Shown piece by piece: positions 56,928 through 64,000 of a DNA stretch of 64,000 nucleotides. The notes under the pieces are model-generated. The model saw only the letters and a program-made list of their open reading frames with translations, did not search any database and had not been told where the DNA came from. The stretch is from an uncultured Nitrososphaerota archaeon (GTDB lineage Archaea; Thermoproteota; Nitrososphaeria; Nitrososphaerales; Gagatemarchaeaceae). The translations under genes and the position numbers were made by a program. Location of the stretch: the NCBI GenBank assembly GCA_963718895.1, contig CAVRAG010000008.1, positions 1,056,001 through 1,120,000 of the forward strand, read 5' to 3'. Numbering within the stretch: the first letter of the stretch is position 1; each line of letters begins with the position of its first letter.

Positions 56928-57380
56928 CTACTTCTCTATCCACTCGGACTCCCCGTCTTCGTAGACCTCCTTCTTCCTCAGGTGGCCCTCCGGCTTGAAT
57001 CGGCTCACCAGTTCCTGGAGCGCCGAGAAAGTCTCAGGGCGAGCCCTGCCAGCAGCTATCACCATCACGAGCACCTCTCCCGGCCGGAAACTTCCCTCAT
57101 AGTGATAGATCAGGGCGACCTGCAAGCCGAACTTCCTCTTCACCTCGGCGCATATGCGACGGAAGGCCTTGGCCGAGTACTCGTGCTCGGTCCCTATCTG
57201 AAGTTCCTCGACCTTCCTGCCTGCGAACCCAGGGGACTTCGCCAGGCCCACATAGGTGGCGATGGCTCCGGTGGCGTCCTCGGTGACCTTGAGGACCGCG
57301 CCCATGATCTCTTCATAGCTCAGTGAACCTTTCCTGTAGACGCCGGAGGCTGGAAGTTTGGGCGGATTGTCTTTGGGCAC
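56928..57380 (-). CDS. moaE: Molybdopterin synthase catalytic subunit MoaE-like
   Basis: TGAIATYVG, IYHYEGSFRPGE, ARPETF, LRKKEVYEDGESEWI; start GTG 57380. Confidence 0.8.
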   Translation of the reverse strand: MPKDNPPKLPASGVYRKGSLSYEEIMGAVLKVTEDATGAIATYVGLAKSPGFAGRKVEELQIGTEHEYSAKAFRRICAEVKRKFGLQVALIYHYEGSFRPGEVLVMVIAAGRARPETFSALQELVSRFKPEGHLRKKEVYEDGESEWIEK

Positions 57381-57546
57381 GGGCGCGGCCGTTCCCGGAA
57401 TCTCTGATATAGATTCCCCTCCGACAACCCCCCCCCCGACGCCAGATCTGGAGGAAGCTGAGGGTCGGACGCGATTGGCAGAGCGGCCGATGAATCCACA
57501 AGCGGCTGCGCACGCCGGACAAACCGCGCCGTCATCGCAAGAGCCC

Positions 57547-57969
57547 TCAGGTCTTCGTGGTGAGGGCAATGATTTCAGGGACCGTGGGCGCGAAGCGCGC
57601 AAGGTTCTCCACGTGGAGGAAGGTCCCGTGCGAGGCTTTCAGGAGACGTCTCCTGTGGGTCAGAGAGGTCTTCACGCCCCTCAGGGCGAAGAACCCCGCG
57701 TACCTTGCGGCGAGCCTCCTGCCTTCATCATCAAGGTCTGTTAGGATGATCGCGAGCTTGACCCGGCGCAGGGCCGCGGCCGCCCTCTCGGAATGGAGGG
57801 CTGCCTTCGTGAAGATGGGCCCGTTGTATCCGAGCCCGGTGAGCGCGTCCCGGTCGCGTTTCCCCTCAACTACGACCGCCGCGCCATCTTCGGCGAGTGC
57901 GTTGAGCTCGCAGACGAACCCTGTGAGGAACTCGATGAACTCTTGGAAGCGTCTTCCAGGGTCGACCAT
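57547..57969 (-). CDS. Small stand-alone TOPRIM-domain protein
   Basis: VVVEGKRDRDAL, IILTDLDDEGRRL. Confidence 0.88.
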   Translation of the reverse strand: MVDPGRRFQEFIEFLTGFVCELNALAEDGAAVVVEGKRDRDALTGLGYNGPIFTKAALHSERAAAALRRVKLAIILTDLDDEGRRLAARYAGFFALRGVKTSLTHRRRLLKASHGTFLHVENLARFAPTVPEIIALTTKT

Positions 57970-58324
57970 GTCTATCGCTATGTGGCCCGCCTCTGAACAG
58001 CTCGACTCATCTCCCGGCTTGTAGCCGGCATCGGCAAGCCTCTTTAAACGGGCCGAGCGTTTTCAGCGTCAGTCGCATAAAAGTCTATCCAGCGGGAGGT
58101 GGCTTCCGCCTGTCGCGCGACTGGGTAAACCATCCGTTCATCAAAGCATTATTGGTGCCTTCGCGGGTGGCCGTTTTTCGCGCGTTCCGACGGAAGCCGT
58201 GCGCAATCCCAGAATCCTGGTTATAATAGATTGCAGTGACGGTGAAGTCACGAGCCCGGCTCCCCAGCGGGGTCTCTGGTGGTCAAGCCCCGGTCGCCCT
58301 GGTCCGGGCGAAGAACCGAAGCAC

Positions 58325-59950
58325 CTAGAAGAATCGTGTGAGGTCTATCTCGAAGCCCGCGACCGGGACGTCGAGTCCGAACGCGGCAACCGCCGACGGC
58401 TTCAGCTCGCCCACGTATCCAATCCCGGTTCCGTCCACCACGACTTCGGCGCATCTTCCCTCTGCGAAGGCCCAGTGCTGTGCGATCTTCGTCTCGATCC
58501 CGAGGCCGAGGTGCTCTCGCACAAGGGCCTCGAGGTACGTCTTCGCCTCCGAGAAGGAGGACGAGGAATGTGCGACGACCGCGGCCAGACGCGGCACCTC
58601 GACGATATCGGAATGGGCCCTCACGAAGACGCGGCCGACTTCGAAGACCCTCTGAGGATAGGCCGCCTTCACGTTCCGTGCGAGGGTGGTCATAAGCGAG
58701 GGAATGATCGAGTCGCGGAGGATGTGATGCTCCAGCGTCCTCGGATTCTCAACCTCTATCCTCAGGTCCTCAGGTCTCGAGAACTTCTCGTACAGCGAGA
58801 TGGCGTCCACCAGGTCGTAGTTCATCGTCTCAATGAATCCGGCCATCGCCACCGATTCGGAGACCCCGTCGAGAGCGGAGTTCACCCGGGCGAGCCGACC
58901 CGGTTCTTTGCTCGCAGGGTAGAGCGGTTCTATCCTGTCTAGTCCGTATCCTATGGCTACCTCCTCGGCCAAGTCCACAGCATGTATGATGTCGACCCGG
59001 TATCGCGGGATAAGGGCAATGCCGTCGCTGCCGAGCCCGAGCCTGCTCCTCCCGAGGCAGTCCTTCATCTCGGACTGACTCAGGTCCAGGCCCGTCATCC
59101 TCGCCGCCAGCTTCCCGTCGAACCTCATCTCCATCGGGGACAGGTCGGGCGTGATCCTCGACGAGTCCTTGTACTCCATGCGCACGGACTCTACCCTGCC
59201 GCCGGCGTCGGCCAGAGCAGAGCAGATTATCGCGAGCGCTTCCCCGCCCACCCTTTCGTCGGTCGAGGTCACGTCGATGAAGAGGTCCCTGGTCGTGGTG
59301 TCGACCTTCGTCGAGTTCCCGTTGATGATCGGAGGGAACGAGAGGACCGTGTCCTTGGAGTCATAGAGCATGGGATACACCGCCGCGCCTCTGAGGATCG
59401 GCCCGTAGACTACGCCTGTCTCGGTCTCCCGGAGTATCTCTCCCACTGTCATCTTCTTCGTCGAACCGAGCGGAGCGAACTGGAATGATTCGGGGACCCC
59501 CTTGTAGTGGAGCGGTGGCCTGATCGCGTCGAGGTTGTGCAGTCCTATGGCGGCCTTCTTCCTCCTCCTGCCGATGCCGTTGTGCAGATCCTCCTGCATC
59601 GAGATCAGCTGTCTGACCGTCTCGTCGTCCAACCTCAGGCCCCGTGCCACCGCGCCGGCGATCCATGGGCGAACCTTCGCAAGATTGGCGTCCGCGATGA
59701 CCGTGATCGACCCCTCCGCGACCTGGTAGGTGGGGAGCCCGACCTCCGACCCGACGAGGCCCCTGAGCGCTCTTGCTATACCGTAGTCGGTCGAGAAGTC
59801 GGCCCTGTTCGGGTTGTACTCGATCCTTACCGAGTCCGCATCCACGCTCTCGATGTCCAGGCCGAGGAAGGGAAGCCTATCCAGGATCCTCTCCTGGGAG
59901 AGGCCTGTCATCTTGCTGAGCCGGTTAAAGTATATCTTCAGAACTGGCAA
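58325..59950 (-). CDS. pheT: Phenylalanyl-tRNA synthetase beta subunit
   Basis: NPNRADF, QEDLH..IGRRR, SFPPIIN, DLAEEVAIGYG. Confidence 0.96.
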   Translation of the reverse strand: MPVLKIYFNRLSKMTGLSQERILDRLPFLGLDIESVDADSVRIEYNPNRADFSTDYGIARALRGLVGSEVGLPTYQVAEGSITVIADANLAKVRPWIAGAVARGLRLDDETVRQLISMQEDLHNGIGRRRKKAAIGLHNLDAIRPPLHYKGVPESFQFAPLGSTKKMTVGEILRETETGVVYGPILRGAAVYPMLYDSKDTVLSFPPIINGNSTKVDTTTRDLFIDVTSTDERVGGEALAIICSALADAGGRVESVRMEYKDSSRITPDLSPMEMRFDGKLAARMTGLDLSQSEMKDCLGRSRLGLGSDGIALIPRYRVDIIHAVDLAEEVAIGYGLDRIEPLYPASKEPGRLARVNSALDGVSESVAMAGFIETMNYDLVDAISLYEKFSRPEDLRIEVENPRTLEHHILRDSIIPSLMTTLARNVKAAYPQRVFEVGRVFVRAHSDIVEVPRLAAVVAHSSSSFSEAKTYLEALVREHLGLGIETKIAQHWAFAEGRCAEVVVDGTGIGYVGELKPSAVAAFGLDVPVAGFEIDLTRFF

Positions 59951-61440
59951 TTTGTCTCCTCCTCAACCAATCAAGGTCGTTGTTGTAGAGCTCCCGAATG
60001 TCCTCTAACCCGAGTCGCAGCATTAGCAATCGCTCGAGCCCGCACCCCCAGGCGATGACGGGCTTCTTGACACCAAGAGGCTGGGTCACTTCCGGACGGA
60101 AGATACCCGAGCCGCCCATCTCCAGCCACTTCCCTACCTTCTCGTAGTAGACCATGACCTGCATCGAGGGCTCGGTGTAGGGGAAGTACGAGGGCCAGAG
60201 CTTGACGCCGCTCATCCCCAGCTTCCCGTAGAACCTCGTCAGGACTCCCATCAGGTGCCGGAGGTTGAGCCCCTCCCCGATCACGATTCCCTCCATCTGG
60301 TGCAGCTCTGCGAGGTGCTTGTAGTCCAGGTTCTCGTTCCTGTACACCCTGCCGACGCTGAAGACACGGGTCTCCCTGTCCCCCGAATCCATGGTAGCCC
60401 TGATGGTGAGAGCGGTGTTGTGGGTCCTGAGCACAAGCCGCCGAGCCTCCTCAACGTCCCACTTGTACCTCCAACCCTTGCTCCCTGTCTCGCCCCCGTT
60501 CTCGTGCGCGGCAGCGACCCGGTCGACGTGGTCCTTCCTCTGGAGAGTCCCGTCCCTGCCGCCCTTGATGTAGAAGGTGTCCTGAAGCTCCCTTGCTGGG
60601 TGGTCCTGAGGAGTGAAGAGTGCATCAAAGTTCCAGAAGGAAGTCTGTATCGAGTTCCCGGCTATCTCGACGAACCCCATCGAGAGGTAGACCTCCCTGA
60701 CCTCGTTGATGAATTCCTTTACCGGGTGCCTTCTCCCCGGGAAGAAGCTGGCCGAGGGAGCCCTGACGTCGATGGGCCTGAGCTTCACGGCGGCTCCGGA
60801 GGACCTGATGGAGGCGAGCAGGTCGGGAGTCAGCTTCTCCACATAGGGCTCGGTCTCCGCCGAGGAGAGCGCTTCCAGGCCGGCCTTGGTTATCGTCACC
60901 GTCGTGACCCTGGAGTCCTTGCGGACCACGAGGCCTCGCTTGAGGAGGTCCACGATGAGCATCCTGAATTCAGGTCCGACCTTCGACTCCTCCACACCTC
61001 CGGCAAGCTTAGAGAGCAGGCCCCGAAGCTTCTTCGCGCCCGCGGGGTCCTTGATCACTACAATGGGGCCGCCCGGCTGCTGGACGATCGATACCCACCC
61101 CATCGACGATGCGCGGCCCAGAGCCGCGGAGAACTCCTGGTTCGACTTGAACTGAGCCTTCAACTCCGACATCGGGAGCGAACCCTTGGCCTCTTCGAGC
61201 TTGCCCACGATTAGGAGTTCTGGAGGTTCAGCGTTCGTCGCGACCAGGTACGAACGTCGACGTCTCCTGGACCATCAGGAGGGCCTTCGAGCTGAGCCAG
61301 CTTAGGGAGCGTCTAATCTGGTCTGGAAGAAGGCCCGTTGATTCGACGAGCGAGTCGAAGTCGAAGGTCTTGCCGGAGCTCAGGCCGTAGAGGACCTTCC
61401 TCTCGATGGGATGGAGCGGGGTCTTCTCGGCTTCGCTCAT
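59925..61440 (-). CDS. pheS: Phenylalanyl-tRNA synthetase alpha subunit, apparent frameshift near 61250
   Basis: FWNFDALFTPQDHPARELQDTF, YFPYTEPS, GIFRPEV; N-terminus MSEAEKTPLHPIE lies in another frame from ATG 61440. Confidence 0.93.
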
Positions 61441-62567
61441 CGTGCCATCGAGTCCAAGGTCTTCCGGCTCTTCTCCAGCAGTTCTTCCGCGTCCCTCATC
61501 AGCGACTCGCGCTTCTTCTGGTGCTCCTCCAGGTATCTCTTGACCAGTGTCGCGAGCTCCTTCTTGCAGTCGCCGCACATCCTGACTCCTCCGTAGCACT
61601 CGTCGTACACCCTCTTCGCATAGGCGTCATCGGTCGCGAAGTGGAACAGGTAGAGATCGTAGATGGGGCACTTGTCCGCCTCCCCACCTATCCTCCTCTG
61701 CTCCTCGACCGTCGACCTCCCTCCGGTGAACCCCGCCATGACCTTGCGCGCCGCCGAGGATGGGTCCTCGTTCAGGTAGAAGGTCGATGCAGCGCTTCGT
61801 TTGGACATCTTCGTCGCGCCGTCGAGGCTCTTGATGAGCTTGTGGTAGATCGCCGAGGGAGGGATGAAGCCGAAGTCTTTGTGGAAGCTGTTTGCGAGGT
61901 CCCTCGCCAGCCTGATGTGCGGGTCCTGGTCCGCGCCGACGGGGACCATGATGGGCTTGGGGCCGCCGAACTCCGGGAGCTGGGGCATGAGTATGTCACC
62001 CGCCTGGATGAGGGCCGACAGGTAGAGCCCCACCTGCCTCTCCCCGTAGATCGCCCTGAGCATGTTGTTGGTCACCCCGGCCGAGAAGATCGTGGCCAGC
62101 CGCATCACCCGAATCTCTTGGCTCTGCTTGTAGACCACGGCCCTCTCAGGGTCTAGTCCCAGGGCGAGGATATCGGCCACGTTCTGTATCGCAATCTTAG
62201 AGGACTCCTGCAGGGACAGCCCGTTGTCATTGTAGGCCTCCACGTCGGCGATCGCATAGAAGACCGTGGCCTTCTTCGAGAGCGACTGGAAGTAGATCAT
62301 GTCGTCAGCGGTCATCTTCGTGCCCAGATGGAAGATGCCAGAGGGCTTGATGCCGCTCATCACCGCGAACGGTTTGTTGTTGTCGATGGCGTCGGCGATC
62401 CTGCCGAGGTCTCTCTGTCCGAAGTCTATCCCGCGTCTCATGTGGAGGCTCGGACTCTTGAAGCGAGGAAGGACGGAGTCCATCCTCTCGATCCCGAACT
62501 CCGAATGCAGGCGCTGGTAGTTGTCCACCGAGGTCTCGCCCCAGGGGTCCAGCCGGTCGCTCTCCAC
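61437..62567 (-). CDS. trpS: Tryptophanyl-tRNA synthetase
   Basis: LDPW, GIKPSG.FHLG, VPVGADQDPH, KMSK, FTGGR. Confidence 0.95.
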   Translation of the reverse strand: MESDRLDPWGETSVDNYQRLHSEFGIERMDSVLPRFKSPSLHMRRGIDFGQRDLGRIADAIDNNKPFAVMSGIKPSGIFHLGTKMTADDMIYFQSLSKKATVFYAIADVEAYNDNGLSLQESSKIAIQNVADILALGLDPERAVVYKQSQEIRVMRLATIFSAGVTNNMLRAIYGERQVGLYLSALIQAGDILMPQLPEFGGPKPIMVPVGADQDPHIRLARDLANSFHKDFGFIPPSAIYHKLIKSLDGATKMSKRSAASTFYLNEDPSSAARKVMAGFTGGRSTVEEQRRIGGEADKCPIYDLYLFHFATDDAYAKRVYDECYGGVRMCGDCKKELATLVKRYLEEHQKKRESLMRDAEELLEKSRKTLDSMAR

Positions 62568-62627
62568 AATGCGCAGGTCGAACCGACGGATTAAATTACT
62601 TTCTCGGCTGGTTCTCAGACACTGCTC

Positions 62628-63095
62628 TCACTCTCGGCGGAGCCTGCCCTCTACGTCGACCTCGCCCTTCCGTATCCTAGTGGACGATATCGGCTTGCCA
62701 TCCTCTGCCGAGACCCATCGGATGGTCACCAGTGCGAGTGGGGGGAACCCCTTCTCCGCCCTGAGCCGGTTGGCGAGCTCCAGCCGCGACGCGGTCTCCG
62801 GGCTGGCGACGAGTGCCTGCACGCCTCCGTCCACGATCCCGGGCCCGAAGTAGTCGTAGAGCTTGGCGATGACGTACCGCCTTCCCGGGAAGTTCTGCTT
62901 GAGGAAGCGCCTCAGGTCCGCCTCCCTCCAATCGTAGTTGTGCTCGGTCTTCTTCCCGACCCTCTCGACGAACTCGTCCGAGGTCAGGCCGATTACCACC
63001 TCGTCACCGACCTCGAAGCTCTTCTCGAGGAGCCTCCGGTGCCCGGCGTGGATGTGGTCGAACGTTCCGCCGGTCGCGACCCTCCTGAACCTCAA
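62628..63095 (-). CDS. coaD: Phosphopantetheine adenylyltransferase (archaeal/eukaryotic type)
   Basis: GGTFDHIHAGH, VASPET, PISSTRIR. Confidence 0.9.
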   Translation of the reverse strand: MRFRRVATGGTFDHIHAGHRRLLEKSFEVGDEVVIGLTSDEFVERVGKKTEHNYDWREADLRRFLKQNFPGRRYVIAKLYDYFGPGIVDGGVQALVASPETASRLELANRLRAEKGFPPLALVTIRWVSAEDGKPISSTRIRKGEVDVEGRLRRE

Positions 63096-63192
63096 ATCGA
63101 GGCTCGCCCCGGCTCAGCCCGAAGTTTCAAATAACATTCGCCACCGAGTCGCCGGTGGAAAGCGGATAAAAAGAGTTGATGAGAACACGCGC

Positions 63193-64000
63193 ATCCCGGA
63201 ACAGTATGTGAAGTCGGGGAGGATCGCCAGGGAGGTCAGGCAGTGGATCCTCGCAAACGTCCGAGCGGGCTCAGGCCTGCTCGATGTGGCGGAGAAGGTG
63301 GAGGCGGAGATAGTCCGCAGGGGCGGTCAGCCCGCATTCCCGACCGGGCTCGGAGTCAACGAGGTCACGGCACATTACGCGCCTCAGGAGGACGAGGTTG
63401 GGGTGATCCAGGAGAGCGACGTCGTGAAGATAGACTATGGCGTCCACATCGACGGATACGTCGCCGATACGTCGATAACGATAACAGAGAACCCGCAGTT
63501 TCAGTCGCTTCTCGAGGCGACCGAGAAGGCCCTGCAGGCGGCGATCGACGTAGTCAAGCGCGACAGGAGGATCGGCGAGATAGGCAAGGCCATCAGCTCC
63601 TCGGCGGAGAGGGATGGATTCAGGCCCATAAGCAACCTGAGCGGCCACACGGTCGAGCAGTACCAGGTCCACGCAGGGAAGAGCATACCCAACCTCTACT
63701 CGCCCAACCTTCCGATGCTGAAGAACGAAGACGTGTTCGCCATCGAGCCTTTCCTGACGCTCCCTGACGCCGCCGGCTATGTCGTCGAGGCGCCGCAAGA
63801 GAACATATTCTCGCTCATCGTCAGGCGGAAGACAGGCAACAAGGAACTCGACGAGCTCATGGACTTCATCTGGAACGAAAGGAAGACACTCCCGTTCTCG
63901 CCGCGCTGGTACGGCGGGAGGTACAAGGAAGGACGGCTACTCGTCCTGCTCGAGGAGCTCGAGAAGAGACGGATGGTCACCTCGTACGCGACGCTGGTCG
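63193..64000 (+). CDS. map: Methionine aminopeptidase type II, runs off the window; start uncertain
   Basis: Frame reads YVKSGRIAREVR...PAFP...AHY...KIDYGVHIDGYVADT...NLSGH...HAGKSIPN...AIEPF. Confidence 0.92.
   Translation, partial: MPEQYVKSGRIAREVRQWILANVRAGSGLLDVAEKVEAEIVRRGGQPAFPTGLGVNEVTAHYAPQEDEVGVIQESDVVKIDYGVHIDGYVADTSITITENPQFQSLLEATEKALQAAIDVVKRDRRIGEIGKAISSSAERDGFRPISNLSGHTVEQYQVHAGKSIPNLYSPNLPMLKNEDVFAIEPFLTLPDAAGYVVEAPQENIFSLIVRRKTGNKELDELMDFIWNERKTLPFSPRWYGGRYKEGRLLVLLEELEKRRMVTSYATLV

Noticed and set aside
9000-63900. Numerous long overlapping antisense or alternate-frame ORFs rich in R/G/P
   Set aside because: Expected shadows of high-GC3 coding sequence; no independent motifs.
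1-64000. CRISPR array, rRNA genes, provirus
   Set aside because: No regularly spaced repeats, rRNA signatures, capsid or intact integrase genes seen.

Overview
Archaeal chromosome segment, GC-rich, with a gene set and tRNA style consistent with a non-ammonia-oxidising Nitrososphaerota (Thaumarchaeota) lineage; the taxonomy is inferred. Bases 1-7700 form an AT-richer accessory island of secreted Ser/Thr/Gly-rich proteins, including two glutamic-peptidase(G1)-like genes with a shared promoter motif, plus IS200 and IS66 remnants. Bases 8100-15540 hold the best candidate for an undescribed system: a palindrome-regulated, translationally coupled operon of a small ORF, a 4-TM HerA/VirB4-type ATPase, a 1073-aa protein (disordered N-half, C-terminal PD-(D/E)xK nuclease) and an acidic immunity-like protein, i.e. 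a putative polymorphic-toxin delivery system. The remainder is mostly core genome: ilvC/ilvD, Lhr, split glutamate synthase, an SMC5/6-like ATPase-kleisin-kite operon, MntR/MntH, the his operon, two tRNAs with non-canonically placed introns, SRP RNA, a papain-propeller protease with a chagasin inhibitor, ttuA, pelota, dnaG, pheST, trpS, coaD and map. There are several candidate structured ncRNAs, one with an internal loop complementary to the SRP RNA. Single-base frameshifts in core genes look like assembly errors. All assignments come from reading motifs by eye; no searches were run.
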